Shown here: one piece after another, positions 37,354 through 48,132 of the stretch
How the letters are laid out: every line of letters begins with the position of its first letter
Position numbering within the stretch: the stretch's first letter is position 1
Assembly (NCBI GenBank): GCA_965247115.1
Contig: CBDFGR010000003.1
Location: 1,984,001 to 2,048,000, forward strand
Reading direction: 5' to 3'
DNA: 64,000 bases
Source of the DNA: Myxococcota bacterium
GTDB taxonomy: Bacteria > Myxococcota_A > UBA9160 > SZUA-336
Position numbers and translations under genes: made by a program
The notes under the pieces: model-generated
The model's database searches: none
Told to the model about the DNA's origin: nothing
Seen by the model: only the letters and a program-made list of their open reading frames with translations

Positions 37354-38079
37354 TCAATCCGCGGCCAGCTTTTTGAGCGCATCCTCGAATCGCACCGCAC
37401 CGCTGTAGAGCGCCTTGCCGAGCACCGCAGCCGCGATCACACCCGTCTGGGCCAGGCGCTGCAGATCGTCGACGCTGCTGACCCCTCCAGCCGCAATGAA
37501 TGGATGCGACGTAGATCGAGCCAGCTCGACGGTTGCCGCCAGATTCGGACCACCCATCATCCCGTCGCGCTCGATGTCCGTGTGCAGGACTCCCGCGAGA
37601 GGCAGATCTGCGAAGCGCTTCAAGACCTCTGCACTCGTGAAATCGGAGGTCTCCAGCCAGCCACGCACGGCGACGCGTCCCCCACGGGCATCTAGACCCA
37701 GAATGACGCGCTTCGGGTGGCGTTCGCTGATCGAGGCGAGAAGGCGGGGCTGCTCGAGGGCCGCGGTGCCCATGATGACGCGGTCCGCACCCATTCCGAC
37801 CAGAGCGTTGACACGCTCCAGCGTGCGGATGCCACCGCCGACCTGGACCGGAATTCGACCCGCCTCACTCAGGATGCGTTGGATGAGCGGGGTGTTCGTG
37901 GACTCGCCGTCACGGGCTGCGTCGAGATCGACCACGTGAAGCCGCGTCGCACCCTTGGCGCACAGGTCTTTCGCGACGGACACGGGATCTGCGTCATAAA
38001 TGGTCTCCCGGTCGTAGTCCCCCTGCTCGAGCCGGACCAGCTGCCCCGCGCGCAGGTCGATCGCCGGGATTACCTCCAC
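37354..38079 (-). CDS. hisA: ProFAR isomerase
   Basis: VIPAIDLR, LHVVDLDAA, QVGGGIR, TDIERDG motifs. Confidence 0.95.
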   Translation of the reverse strand: MEVIPAIDLRAGQLVRLEQGDYDRETIYDADPVSVAKDLCAKGATRLHVVDLDAARDGESTNTPLIQRILSEAGRIPVQVGGGIRTLERVNALVGMGADRVIMGTAALEQPRLLASISERHPKRVILGLDARGGRVAVRGWLETSDFTSAEVLKRFADLPLAGVLHTDIERDGMMGGPNLAATVELARSTSHPFIAAGGVSSVDDLQRLAQTGVIAAAVLGKALYSGAVRFEDALKKLAAD

Positions 38080-38777
38080 GCGGAGCGGACCTCGCCCAGC
38101 TCCTGCATCAGCTCCCTGGCGCCGTAGCGCGACAGCTCCTCTGGGATTACCCAGCGAAAGCCTCGCTCGCGCCACCTGGCAAAGGAGCCTGGGTCCTCGG
38201 ATACGCTCCTCTGGACCTCGTCGTAGCTCGCCTCCCAGAGCAGCTCGCCACCCGCCGTTCGGAGCTCGACGTCGAACCAGACGGAGGCGGGTCGGCTCGC
38301 ACCCCGGGGCCCTCCCTCGCGCTCCGAGTAGCGGCGTACCCTGCCGGTCATGATCGCGTCCACGCCAAAGGCCGAGTTGAGCTCGCTGCCCAGGCGCCGT
38401 GGGTTCGAGGGCGCGGACACGTTCTGGAGCCAGAGCTGGATGTCACCAGGAGGCACAGCCTCCAGTCCTCCCCACTGGACGAGCGCGCTCGCAACGCGCG
38501 CAGTCGCGGTCTCGGAGGCAACCATCGCCTCCTCGCCCGTCAGCACGTCGCGCGGCCCGAAGGGCTCAAAAGACATCGGCACCACCGCCACGAGCGTAAC
38601 CTTGTGATCCGACGCCCTCGGCAGCTCCGAATACACAACCGGCGTGCACCCCACCACCAACAACGCCAACAACCCCACAGGCAACCAGCAAGCGGTGCGA
38701 AGCGAATCGCGCCGGGTCGCTGACCCGGGGGAGGACCGCTCGCGCGCCCGGTCCCACAAGGCTCTCGGGGCCCTCAT
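38070..38777 (-). CDS. Hypothetical lipoprotein
   Basis: Lipobox LLVVGC; overlaps the hisB stop (TGATG) and the hisA start. Confidence 0.65.
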   Translation of the reverse strand: MRAPRALWDRARERSSPGSATRRDSLRTACWLPVGLLALLVVGCTPVVYSELPRASDHKVTLVAVVPMSFEPFGPRDVLTGEEAMVASETATARVASALVQWGGLEAVPPGDIQLWLQNVSAPSNPRRLGSELNSAFGVDAIMTGRVRRYSEREGGPRGASRPASVWFDVELRTAGGELLWEASYDEVQRSVSEDPGSFARWRERGFRWVIPEELSRYGARELMQELGEVRSAWR

Positions 38778-39364
38778 CAGAGCGATCCCTTGGTAGTGAG
38801 CGGCCCCTGGACGCGCGGGTCCGGGGTGGTAGCCGCGTCCAGAGCGCGGCCCAGGCCCTTGAATACTGCCTCGACGATGTGGTGGACGCTGTGACCGTAC
38901 GAGCGCTCGACGTGCAGGTCGATCCCGCCATTGCTGCAGAGCGCGTATAGAAAATCCTCGACGAGCGCGGCGTCGAAGTTCCCGACCCAGTCCCGGCTGA
39001 GCTCGACGCGGTAGACAAGGTAGGGACGGTTCGACAGATCCAGGTCGACGCAGACGCGAGCATCGGCCATCGGGATGCGAGCCGACCCGAAGCGCCGGAG
39101 CCCGGAGCGATCCCCCAGTGCGGCCTTGAGCGCCTGGCCGAGCGCGATGCCCACGTCCTCTACGGTGTGGTGCTGATCGACCTCCAGGTCTCCCCTGGCC
39201 TGGATCTGGAGATTGAAGAGCCCGTGACGCGCAAAGGAGTCCAGCAGGTGGTCGAAGAAGGGGACGCCGGTGTCGACCTCGGCGGAACCGGTTCCGTCCA
39301 GGCCGAGTTCGACCTGGATCTCCGTCTCGCGGGTCTTCCTGGATATGCTGCCGTGTCGTTCCAT
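38777..39364 (-). CDS. hisB: Imidazoleglycerol-phosphate dehydratase
   Basis: RKTRETEI, FFDHLL, DQHHTVED, HHIVEAVFK. Confidence 0.96.
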   Translation of the reverse strand: MERHGSISRKTRETEIQVELGLDGTGSAEVDTGVPFFDHLLDSFARHGLFNLQIQARGDLEVDQHHTVEDVGIALGQALKAALGDRSGLRRFGSARIPMADARVCVDLDLSNRPYLVYRVELSRDWVGNFDAALVEDFLYALCSNGGIDLHVERSYGHSVHHIVEAVFKGLGRALDAATTPDPRVQGPLTTKGSL

Positions 39365-39389
39365 GGTGCTGGCAACGAGTAGACCCGAA

Positions 39390-40706
39390 TTACTCGGTCG
39401 GGTCCACCTTTCCGCCGGTCCGGACCTCGACCGCCCTGCTGTGAGCGATCAGTCCCTCCATGCGTGCCAGCCGCGCGGCTACGGGTGCGAGTCGCCGGAA
39501 CCCCGCTTCGGAGAACTCGACAAGGCTCGTCGTCTTCTGGAAGTCCTCGACCCGGAGGACGGAGAAGAAGCGCGCGGTCCCCGAGGTGGGCAATACGTGA
39601 CTGGGGCCGGCCACGTAGTCCCCGAGAGGAACAGGGCTGTACGGCCCGATGAAGATGGCGCCCGCATTCTCGATCTGGGGCAGCCAGCGGTCGGGATCCG
39701 AGGTAAAGAGCTGCAGATGCTCCGGGGCGTAGCGGTTCGCGAGCGTCAGGGCCTCCGGGAGGTCCCGCGTCACGATCAGCGCGCCGCCCGCAGCCAGCGC
39801 CTGACCGGCGACAGGGGCCGTCGGCAGCTCCGAGAGCTGCTTCTCGAGCTGCTCGCGTGTGGACCGCGCCAGGGCCTCGCTCGGGGTCGCCAGCACGGCA
39901 CCGGAGCGCACGTCGTGCTCGGCCTGGGCCAGCAGGTCGGCTGCGATCAGAGCCGGATCCGCATCCGCCTCGGCCACGATGAAGACCTCGCTCGGACCCG
40001 CCTCGGAATCGATTGCAACCTCGCCGAAGACCTGACGTTTCGCCTCCTGGACGTAGGCGTTGCCCGGCCCCACGATCTTGTCGACGCGTGGGATGCTCTC
40101 GGTCCCGAAGGCCAGTGCAGCCACAGCCTGCGCTCCTCCCACCCGGTACAGGTGGCTGGCTCCAACCAGGCGGGCAGCCTCCAGCATGGCGGGATGCGGC
40201 TCTCGTCCCGGACTGCTCACGACCAGGTCCGGGACGCCCGCCACTCCGGCCGGGATGCCCAGCATGAGCACGGTAGAAGCCAGGGGCGCATTTCCTGCCG
40301 GAGCGTAGATCGCAACGCGGCGGAGCGGTCGAACGAGCTGACCAAGGCGCTCGCCGTCCGCGCGCTGACTCCAGGACTCGGGGACTCGCTGCGAGTGAAA
40401 GGACTTCACACGCCGCGCGGCCAGCTGCAGAGCGTCGGCGTTTTCGGGAGCGAGCTGCGCGGCCCCTGCCTCGAGCTGCTCGCGCGTCAGCACGAGCTCG
40501 CTTGCGCTCGTGCGGTACCCGTCGAAGCGCTCGATCGCTGCAAGAACTCCCTCGTCACCCCGGCTGCGTACGTCCGCGAGGATCGCCGCGACGCTCTCCT
40601 CGAGTGCCGCTCTCTCGCCGTGACGGCGCCTCTCGAGTTTCGAGAACTCGGACTCGAAGCCGGAGACGCTCGTGTCGAGCCTTTGAACGGCGAGCGGGGA
40701 GGGCAC
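39390..40706 (-). CDS. hisD: Histidinol dehydrogenase
   Basis: GGAQAVAALA, GPGNAYV, AGPSE, QAEHD, APEHL, GPSHVLPT. GTG start at 40706. Confidence 0.95.
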   Translation of the reverse strand: MPSPLAVQRLDTSVSGFESEFSKLERRRHGERAALEESVAAILADVRSRGDEGVLAAIERFDGYRTSASELVLTREQLEAGAAQLAPENADALQLAARRVKSFHSQRVPESWSQRADGERLGQLVRPLRRVAIYAPAGNAPLASTVLMLGIPAGVAGVPDLVVSSPGREPHPAMLEAARLVGASHLYRVGGAQAVAALAFGTESIPRVDKIVGPGNAYVQEAKRQVFGEVAIDSEAGPSEVFIVAEADADPALIAADLLAQAEHDVRSGAVLATPSEALARSTREQLEKQLSELPTAPVAGQALAAGGALIVTRDLPEALTLANRYAPEHLQLFTSDPDRWLPQIENAGAIFIGPYSPVPLGDYVAGPSHVLPTSGTARFFSVLRVEDFQKTTSLVEFSEAGFRRLAPVAARLARMEGLIAHSRAVEVRTGGKVDPTE

Positions 40707-40711
40707 CGAGC

Positions 40712-41968
40712 CTACTCTTCTTCGCGGCGGATGCGCGCGCCCAGCGACTCCAGCTTCCGCTCGATCCGCTCGTAGCCGCGATCGATGTGGTAGACGCGGC
40801 GGACCCGCGTCTCGCCGCTCGCGGCGAGCCCGGCCAGCACGAGACATGCGCTCGCCCGCAGGTCCGTGGCCATCACCGGCGCACCGGAGAGCCGACGAGG
40901 CCCGCGGATGAACGCTCTCTGACCGTCGATCTGGATGTTCGCGTTCATGCGCACGAGCTCCGGGACGTGCATGAACCGATTCTCGAAGATCTGCTCGGTG
41001 ATCTCGCTCAGGCCCTCTGCCTGCGTGAGCAGAGCCATCGCTTGTGCCTGCATGTCGGTCGCGAAGCCCGGATACGGAGCCGTCTCCAGCTTCACCGCCC
41101 GCAGCTCCGCGCCCTGCGCAACTGATATCCGGTCCTCGGCCAGCGAGATTTCAAGACCCGTGTTCCGGAGCGCCTCGATCGGAGCCACGAGCTGAGACGG
41201 GTCGACCCCGGTCACCTCGACCTCGCCTCCCGTGATCGCCCCGGCAAGCAGCAGCGTCCCCGCCTCTATCCGATCGCCCGACACGAAGTGCCGCACTCCG
41301 GAGAGACGCGTTACGCCATGCACGGTCAAGCGCGAGGTTCCGACTCCCTCGATCTGGGCGCCCATCGCCTCGAGCACCCGGGTGAGCTCCGTGACCTCGG
41401 GCTCCTGCGAGGAGTTCTCGAGCACGCTCGTACCCTCGGCCAGCGTCGCGGCCATCAGTACGTTCTGCGTCCCGTTCACCGTCGGCACATCAAAGACGAC
41501 GCGCGCACCCCGAAGACGCTGCACCCGAGCCTCGACGTAGCCGTTCGAGAGCTCGATTTTCGCGCCGAGCGCCTCCAGTCCCTTCAGGTGCTGGTCGACC
41601 GGGCGCGCGCCGATGGCGCAGCCACCCGGGAGTGACACCCGCGCGTGTCCACAACGGGCCAGCAGCGGACCGAGCACCATGAACGAGGCGCGCATGGTCC
41701 GCACCAGCTCGTAGGGCGCGTCCACGCGGTCGAGCTCGCCGCTCTCGATCGTGAGCTCGTCCCTCGATTCCCAGCCGGCTCGAACCCCCAGACCCTCCAG
41801 GATCTTGCGCATCGTCTCCAGGTCGCGGACCCGGGGGGCGTTCCCGAAAGCCATTCTCTCTTCCGTGAGCAGCGAAGACGCCATGAGCGCCAGCACGGCG
41901 TTCTTCGAACCGCTGGCCCGGACGCTGCCCGAGAGAGGCACGCCCCCTTCGATCGTGAACCTGTCCAT
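40712..41968 (-). CDS. murA: UDP-N-acetylglucosamine 1-carboxyvinyltransferase
   Basis: GSKNA, PGGCAIGARPVDQH, PGFATDMQ, TDLRA, HIDRGYE. Confidence 0.97.
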   Translation of the reverse strand: MDRFTIEGGVPLSGSVRASGSKNAVLALMASSLLTEERMAFGNAPRVRDLETMRKILEGLGVRAGWESRDELTIESGELDRVDAPYELVRTMRASFMVLGPLLARCGHARVSLPGGCAIGARPVDQHLKGLEALGAKIELSNGYVEARVQRLRGARVVFDVPTVNGTQNVLMAATLAEGTSVLENSSQEPEVTELTRVLEAMGAQIEGVGTSRLTVHGVTRLSGVRHFVSGDRIEAGTLLLAGAITGGEVEVTGVDPSQLVAPIEALRNTGLEISLAEDRISVAQGAELRAVKLETAPYPGFATDMQAQAMALLTQAEGLSEITEQIFENRFMHVPELVRMNANIQIDGQRAFIRGPRRLSGAPVMATDLRASACLVLAGLAASGETRVRRVYHIDRGYERIERKLESLGARIRREEE

Positions 41969-41971
41969 TCG

Positions 41972-42829
41972 CTATCCCCCTGGTCCGAACTGCGCCGCCA
42001 CGACCCTTTCGACTCCCGCGAGATCCTCGTGAATGTCCACTCTTGAGGCTCCGCGTTCCCACAGCAGCCTCTCGACGCTGCGCGCCTGATCGGCGCCGAC
42101 CTCGAGTGCGAGCCAGCCGGGACGTGCGAGGCGCTCGGGGGCCTCCTGGATCAATTGTCGCACGAGCGACAGCCCGTCGGGTCCGCCATCGAGCGCCGTT
42201 CTGGGCTCGCACTGCACCTCCGGAGCGAGCTCACCCAGCTCTCGAGTCGGGATATAGGGGGGGTTCGAGATGATCGCGTCGAACTCGCCAGCAAGCCCCG
42301 TCAGGTCGGTGGCGTGCCGCAGCTCCACGCGGGAGGACAGGCCGTGGAGCTCGAGGTTCTCGCCGGCTAACGCCAGCGCCTCCGGAGAGCTGTCGAGCGC
42401 GACGATCTGAACGTCGGGACGCTCGGTCGCGATGGCTGTAGCGACGCAGCCCGAGCCGGTCCCGACCTCGACCAATCGCTTCGCAGCGAGATCCAGTGCG
42501 ACACGCACGAGTGTCTCCGTCTCCGGCCTCGGAATCAGCACTGCTGGCGTGACCCGGAAGGACAGCGACCAGAACTCTCGAGTACCCGTCAGGTAGGCGA
42601 CCGGCACCCGCTCGCCGGCGCGGCGCTTCACGAGCTCGCGATAGCGAGCGCGCGGCCCGGCCGGCACGGGGCGGTCGAAGCCCAGGTAGAGATCGAGGCG
42701 GGTCCGTTCCAGCACGTGCGCCAGCAGCAGCTCGGCGTCGAGGCGTGGGGAGGGCAGGGCGTGCGTGCGAAAGTAGTCCGCCGTCCAGCGCACGAGCTCG
42801 AGCGGCGTCCAGCACTCCTCGCTTGCCAC
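41972..42829 (-). CDS. prmC: Release factor glutamine methyltransferase
   Basis: VLIPRPETE, GTGSG, SNPPY motifs; directly after prfA. Confidence 0.94.
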   Translation of the reverse strand: MASEECWTPLELVRWTADYFRTHALPSPRLDAELLLAHVLERTRLDLYLGFDRPVPAGPRARYRELVKRRAGERVPVAYLTGTREFWSLSFRVTPAVLIPRPETETLVRVALDLAAKRLVEVGTGSGCVATAIATERPDVQIVALDSSPEALALAGENLELHGLSSRVELRHATDLTGLAGEFDAIISNPPYIPTRELGELAPEVQCEPRTALDGGPDGLSLVRQLIQEAPERLARPGWLALEVGADQARSVERLLWERGASRVDIHEDLAGVERVVAAQFGPGG

Positions 42830-43878
42830 TACGCTTCCGCCTCGAGTCGCAGACCGACCTGCTCGAGAAGCTCCTCCAGGTCCCCTTCGATCACCGTGTC
42901 GAGCTTGTGCATGGTCAAGCTGGCGCGATGATCGGTGATGCGATTCTGGGGAAAGTTGTAGGTCCGGATACGCTCGCTGCGTTCGCCCGTCCCGATCTGT
43001 CCGCGACGCTCCTGGGCGCGCTCGGCCGTGAGCCGTTGCTGTTCGAGATCGTACAGTCGCGAGCGCAGCACCTTCATCGCGCGAGCTTTGTTCTTGTGCT
43101 GGGACTTCTCGTCCTGACACGTGACCACGAGACCCGTCGGCAAGTGCGTGATCCGCACCGCCGAATCCGTGGTGTTCACGCTCTGCCCGCCAGGACCGGA
43201 GCTGCGGAAGATGTCGATGCGCAGGTCGCCGTCGGCGATGCGGACGTCGACCTCGGCCGCCTCGGGTAGGACGGCCACGGTGACGGTCGACGTGTGGATG
43301 CGCCCCTGTGACTCCGTGACCGGCACGCGCTGGACTCGGTGGACGCCGCTCTCGCGCTTGAGGGTGCCGTAGGCTCCGCCTCCGGAGATCTCGGCGATGA
43401 CCTCCTTCATGCCGCCGGCTTCGCTCTCCGAGACCGAGAGCAATTCCACCTTCCAGCCCCTGCCCTCGGCGTAGCGCGTGTACATGCGAAACAGCTCGCT
43501 GGCGAACAGGGTAGCCTCCGCTCCGCCCGTCCCGGCTCGGATCTCGAGGACGATGTTCCGGTGGTCGTCTGGATGCGTGGGTCTGAGCAGCTTCTTCAGC
43601 TCGGCCTCCAGGCTGGCGAGCTCGGCTTCCTGCTCGTCGAGCTCTTCCCTGGCCAGAGCGCTGATCTCCGGATCGGAGTCGTCGAGCAGAGCGCGACTGT
43701 CCTCGATCTGGGCCTGGACCGAGCAGTGCCGCCGGTAGGTCTCCACCCGGTCGCGCAGGCCGCTGAGCTCTTGATTCAGCTCCGCGAAGCGCTTCGGGTC
43801 GGAAGCCACCTCCGGCTGCCCGAGCTGCTCCTCGAGCTCCTCGTAGCGAGACAAAATCCCTTGCATCTGTTCAAGCAT
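42829..43878 (-). CDS. prfA: Peptide chain release factor 1
   Basis: PVT recognition tripeptide, GGQ motif, RIRTYNF. Confidence 0.97.
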   Translation of the reverse strand: MLEQMQGILSRYEELEEQLGQPEVASDPKRFAELNQELSGLRDRVETYRRHCSVQAQIEDSRALLDDSDPEISALAREELDEQEAELASLEAELKKLLRPTHPDDHRNIVLEIRAGTGGAEATLFASELFRMYTRYAEGRGWKVELLSVSESEAGGMKEVIAEISGGGAYGTLKRESGVHRVQRVPVTESQGRIHTSTVTVAVLPEAAEVDVRIADGDLRIDIFRSSGPGGQSVNTTDSAVRITHLPTGLVVTCQDEKSQHKNKARAMKVLRSRLYDLEQQRLTAERAQERRGQIGTGERSERIRTYNFPQNRITDHRASLTMHKLDTVIEGDLEELLEQVGLRLEAEA

Positions 43879-43979
43879 ACGAGGCGACCCCGGTCCGTCT
43901 GCGGGGCAGCGGAACTCCGCTGGCAGTGGCTAGGCAGGCGCGCTGGTTGTGCGACGGTAGGGGTAAAACCCCACGTCGC

Positions 43980-44183
43980 TCAGTCCTTCTTCGCGTAGCG
44001 GCGCCGAAAACGCTCCACCTTCCCTGCCGTATCCACGATCTTCTGCTTCCCGGTGAAGAAGGGATGGCAGCTCGAGCAGATCTCGATCCGGATTTCCTCC
44101 TGCGTGGAGCGTGTCGAGAACTCGTTCCCGCACGCACAACGAACCTTTGCGTCGCCATACGTAGGATGAATATCCGGCTTCAT
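43980..44183 (-). CDS. rpmE: 50S ribosomal protein L31 (Zn-binding type)
   Basis: [21 protein letters not shown]. Confidence 0.96.
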   Translation of the reverse strand: MKPDIHPTYGDAKVRCACGNEFSTRSTQEEIRIEICSSCHPFFTGKQKIVDTAGKVERFRRRYAKKD

Positions 44184-44291
44184 GGAGCCGCCGAGCGTAG
44201 CCCACGCCACCCCCACCAGCCAGCTCGGCGCACCGTAGATCGTCAGGCCAGATGGGAGGGAAAAGGGGCCAGGCAGGGAGTCGGAGCGCTT

Positions 44292-45539
44292 CTAGGAGTT
44301 CATCGAAGCGATGAACTCTTCGTTGTCCTGGGTGTTCCGCATCTTGTCGATCAGGAACTCCATCGAATCCACCGTATTCAGGGGGTTCAGGACCTTCCGC
44401 AGCACCCAGATCTTGCTGACTGTCGCCTCGTCCATCAGGAGCTCCTCGCGCCGGGTCGAGCTCAGGTTGAGGTTGATCGCGGGGTAGGTGCGCCGATCCG
44501 CGAGCTTGCGATCCAGGTGGATCTCGCTGTTCCCCGTGCCCTTGAACTCCTCGAAGATGACCTCGTCCATACGCGATCCGGTGTCTACCAGCGCAGTGCC
44601 AACGATGGTCAAGCTACCACCCTCCTCTACGTTGCGCGCGGCGCCGAAGAAGCGCTTTGGCTTGTGGAGGGCGATGGCGTCGACGCCACCGGAGAGGATC
44701 TTTCCAGAGTGTGGCACGACCGTGTTGTGGGCGCGGGCCAGGCGCGTGATCGAGTCGAGCAGGATCACAACGTCGCGCTTGTGCTCTACAAGGCGCCGGG
44801 CCTTCTCGATCACCATCTCGGCCACCTGGACGTGCCGGGTCGCCGGCTCGTCAAAGGTTGACGAGACCACCTCCGCATTCGTGTTCCGCTGGAAGTCCGT
44901 CACCTCCTCCGGGCGCTCATCGATGAGCAGCACGATCACACACGCCTCGGGGTGGTTCTTGCAGATCGCGTTCGCAAGGTCTTGCAGGAGCATGGTCTTG
45001 CCGGCCTTTGGTGGCGAGACAATGAGCGCGCGCTGTCCCTTACCAATGGGGGCGAGCAGATCGACGATGCGCGTGGTGAGCTGACCGGGCGCTACCTCGA
45101 GATCGAAGCGCTCCAGCGGATAGAGCGGAGTCAGCGAGTCGAACTTGATGCAGCGACTCGCGACCTCGGGGGCTTCGAAGTTGACGCTGTTGACCTTGAG
45201 GAGCGCGAAGTATTTCTCCCCTTCCTTCGGCGGTCGGATCTGTCCATCCACGGTGACACCCGTCCGCAGGTTAAAGCGTCGGATCTGGGAGGGTGAGACG
45301 TAGATGTCGTCCGGACCCGGCAGGTAGTTGGCCTGGGCCGAGCGCAGGAACCCGTAGCCGTCCGGCATGCGCTCCAGCACGCCGTCGCCGAAGATCTCAC
45401 CGTTTCTCTTGGTCTCGGACTCGAGGATCGCGAAGAGCAGCTCTTGCTTGCCCCTGCCTCCGATCCCCTCGACACCGCTTGCTGTGGCGATCTCCGCGAG
45501 CTCGGTGACACTTTGTCGTTTCAGTTCCGAGAGGTTCAT
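44292..45539 (-). CDS. rho: Transcription termination factor Rho
   Basis: [38 protein letters not shown]. Confidence 0.97.
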   Translation of the reverse strand: MNLSELKRQSVTELAEIATASGVEGIGGRGKQELLFAILESETKRNGEIFGDGVLERMPDGYGFLRSAQANYLPGPDDIYVSPSQIRRFNLRTGVTVDGQIRPPKEGEKYFALLKVNSVNFEAPEVASRCIKFDSLTPLYPLERFDLEVAPGQLTTRIVDLLAPIGKGQRALIVSPPKAGKTMLLQDLANAICKNHPEACVIVLLIDERPEEVTDFQRNTNAEVVSSTFDEPATRHVQVAEMVIEKARRLVEHKRDVVILLDSITRLARAHNTVVPHSGKILSGGVDAIALHKPKRFFGAARNVEEGGSLTIVGTALVDTGSRMDEVIFEEFKGTGNSEIHLDRKLADRRTYPAINLNLSSTRREELLMDEATVSKIWVLRKVLNPLNTVDSMEFLIDKMRNTQDNEEFIASMNS

Positions 45540-45681
45540 CAAAGTTCCTTAGGCTCGAGAAAGAAGATGCCGGAGAGAGGGTCTCCGGAGCGCGAAAGAG
45601 CGCTGCCCGTCAAGATCAGGCGACCCACGGATCGGGATTCTCGCCACAGAAGTTGAGGAGTCGTGCCTCGCGTGTGCTCTA

Positions 45682-46326
45682 TCAAGACTGCGGCACGCGC
45701 ACCCAGTGCAGCATCCGACCGGCCCGGCCGTCGCGCCGGTAGCTGTAGTAGAGCGGCTCCGCACAGGCCGTGCAGCCTCCCACCCGCTCGATCCGATCGT
45801 CTCGGACACCGGCGCGCACGAGCTGCAACCGATTCAGCGCAAAGAGATCCAGCATGTAGTGACCGCTGCGTTTGGATGGGGAAAAGACGGAGGCTTCGTC
45901 AATCCGCTCCCGGACCGGCTGATCAATCTCGTAGCAACACGGTCCGATGTGCGGACCTACAGCAACAACGAGCTCGGATGGCTCGAGCCCGGACGCCCGG
46001 GCGAGCTCTTTGACCGTGCGCTCCGCTATGCCCGCTGCACTCCCCCGCCAGCCAGCGTGGACCGCCACCGCCACCGGAGCGTCCGTCGAGACCAGCAGCA
46101 GGGGAACACAGTCTGCAGTCACGACCCCGACCGCCACACCCGGCTCATTGCTCCAGAGCGCGTCTGCTTCTGTCTCGGAACCGGGCGCCTGCACGAGCGC
46201 CGTACCGTGTACTTGCTTGCGCGTGATGAGCCCGGGGACAGAAGCAGCACCGGAGCGACGCGTTCCAAAGCCGTGGTCCACGCCGAGGTCCCGAAGCCGA
46301 CTCGAGCTCTGGAAGGTCGGGATCAC
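45682..46326 (-). CDS. pgeF: PgeF/YfiH family protein
   Basis: QVHG, TADCVP, HAGWRG, YSYRR; follows rluD. Confidence 0.9.
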   Translation of the reverse strand: MIPTFQSSSRLRDLGVDHGFGTRRSGAASVPGLITRKQVHGTALVQAPGSETEADALWSNEPGVAVGVVTADCVPLLLVSTDAPVAVAVHAGWRGSAAGIAERTVKELARASGLEPSELVVAVGPHIGPCCYEIDQPVRERIDEASVFSPSKRSGHYMLDLFALNRLQLVRAGVRDDRIERVGGCTACAEPLYYSYRRDGRAGRMLHWVRVPQS

Positions 46327-47243
46327 GATCGCTCCTGGCTCTCGATCACGCGGGCCAGGTCTTCCGGCAGGCGGGAGGCGAAGCGCAAACGCTCGCCCGT
46401 GCGGGGGTGCTCGAAGCCCAGCTGGACGGCGTGGAGCGCCTGGCGTCCAAGTCCCGCCTCCCGCGCTTCCTTCTTTCCTCCCCCGTAGACGGGATCACCC
46501 AGCACGGGGAGACCGATCGAGGCCAGGTGTACGCGGATCTGGTGCGTACGTCCCGTCTCCAGGCGCAGGCGGAGCAGGGTGAGGTCGCCCAGGCGCCGCT
46601 CCACGGCCCAGTGGGTCACGGCCGTCCGCCCCGTGCGGGCCCGCGTGCTGAAGCGCTTGCGATCGCTGGGATGCCGCCCGATCGCAGCGTCGACGGAGCC
46701 GCGCTGCGGACCGGGCTGTCCGCGCACGAGCGCCAGGTACTCGCGCTCGGTCGAGTGCTCTTTGAACTGCCGAGCCAGCCCGTTGTGCGCCAGATCGTTC
46801 TTGGCGGCGACCAGCAAGCCCGACGTGCCCTTGTCCAGGCGGTGGACGATCCCCGGCCGCCGCACGCCACCCACGCCGGAGAGCCCTCTGCAGTGGTACA
46901 AGAGGGCGTTCACGAGCGTTCCACTGGGTACGCCCGCTGCAGGATGCACGACAAGACCAGCGGGTTTGTCGACCACGATCAAGTCGTCGTCCTCGAAGAC
47001 GATCTCGAGCGGGATGGGCTCGGGGGTCAGCTCCGCTTCCACGGGCTCGGGCACGCGACCCTCGATCCGCTCTCCTCGTCGGAGCCGGTGCGCAGGCTTG
47101 ACCTGCTCGTTCGAGACGCGAACGTGACCACTCTCGATCAGGCGGCGAACCTGGGCGCGAGAGAGCTCGGATTCCAGCGCCGCGAGCACGGTGTCGAGGC
47201 GCTTGCCCTCCAGGTCCGCGGTCACTTCGTGTCGGAAGCTCAC
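46323..47243 (-). CDS. rluD: RluA/RluD family pseudouridine synthase
   Basis: S4 domain, KPAGLVVHP, HRLDKGTSG, GRTHQIRVH. Confidence 0.92.
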   Translation of the reverse strand: MSFRHEVTADLEGKRLDTVLAALESELSRAQVRRLIESGHVRVSNEQVKPAHRLRRGERIEGRVPEPVEAELTPEPIPLEIVFEDDDLIVVDKPAGLVVHPAAGVPSGTLVNALLYHCRGLSGVGGVRRPGIVHRLDKGTSGLLVAAKNDLAHNGLARQFKEHSTEREYLALVRGQPGPQRGSVDAAIGRHPSDRKRFSTRARTGRTAVTHWAVERRLGDLTLLRLRLETGRTHQIRVHLASIGLPVLGDPVYGGGKKEAREAGLGRQALHAVQLGFEHPRTGERLRFASRLPEDLARVIESQERS

Positions 47244-47506
47244 CAGATATGAGTAGCGACCTGTCGGTTCCGATAGATCAGCACGTCCACCAGGGCGTGT
47301 AGGAAGATACGTTCCCGATCGGGAAGGGAAGGCGCCACCTGGTGAGTGTAGAACACCCTCGCCTGCTCGATCTCGACGGCGACGCGGTCCAGCAAGTCGT
47401 CCTTCTCGAGACCGATGCGGATCTCATCCCCCGCGTACGCCACCAGGTCCGAGAAGAGCGCGCGGGCCAGGAGGTTCGCGCGCCGCGCTTCGACGATCGC
47501 AGCCAT
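47240..47506 (-). CDS. Small hypothetical protein
   Basis: 88-aa ORF translationally coupled to both neighbours; helical ARALFSDLVAY motif. Confidence 0.7.
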   Translation of the reverse strand: MAAIVEARRANLLARALFSDLVAYAGDEIRIGLEKDDLLDRVAVEIEQARVFYTHQVAPSLPDRERIFLHALVDVLIYRNRQVATHIW

Positions 47507-48129
47507 CAGCCAGAGCCGCCTGAAGCGCCGCTGTACCCGTTCATGTAGCTATCAGCCACCTCGATGGGATCGAGGCCAAGGCACTTTGCGACCTCCTTGA
47601 CGAAGCCCCGCACGTACACGTCGCTCGGCAGATCGTCGTAGCGGTTCGCCTCTACATTCTTGAGATAGTACGGGTTCACCTTGGTGATGGTGGCGATCTC
47701 CTCGAGCTCTATCCCCAGCTCGAGCCGGATGCGCCGCAACACTGCACCATCGTAGACGCCGTCCTCTGGCTCCAGGGCCTCATCGACCTCGAGCGCCTCC
47801 GAGCGCAGCGGCTCGCCTCTCCAGATGGTTTCCGGCTCCGCGACGCTCTCGGGCGGCTGCGCTTCGGGCTGGGGACGCTGCTGCTCCTCGCGCCTGAGTT
47901 TGGCATCGTACTCGCGACGCATCCGCGTGTCGGAGAGCACCCCGTACGCCTCCTCCACACGACGGAGAATCGCGGCGGACTCCTGCTCCGAGAATACGGA
48001 GTACGTGGCGATCGAGGTCGGCTCGTAGGTGGCGCGGGCGATCCGGTAGGCCCGTTCGAGCTGGCGCTCGGTGCCGTCCTGCGACACCTCCAGTAGCTCG
48101 TAGTGGTTCTGCTCGAGGAGGGGTCTCAC
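47506..48129 (-). CDS. J-domain-like plus RodZ-type HTH protein
   Basis: NHYELLEV..AYR..EAYGVLSD..RREYD (J-like, no HPD); C-terminal LRRIR..IEL..TKV..YVRGF HTH. Confidence 0.8.
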   Translation of the reverse strand: MRPLLEQNHYELLEVSQDGTERQLERAYRIARATYEPTSIATYSVFSEQESAAILRRVEEAYGVLSDTRMRREYDAKLRREEQQRPQPEAQPPESVAEPETIWRGEPLRSEALEVDEALEPEDGVYDGAVLRRIRLELGIELEEIATITKVNPYYLKNVEANRYDDLPSDVYVRGFVKEVAKCLGLDPIEVADSYMNGYSGASGGSG

Positions 48130-48132
48130 GGC

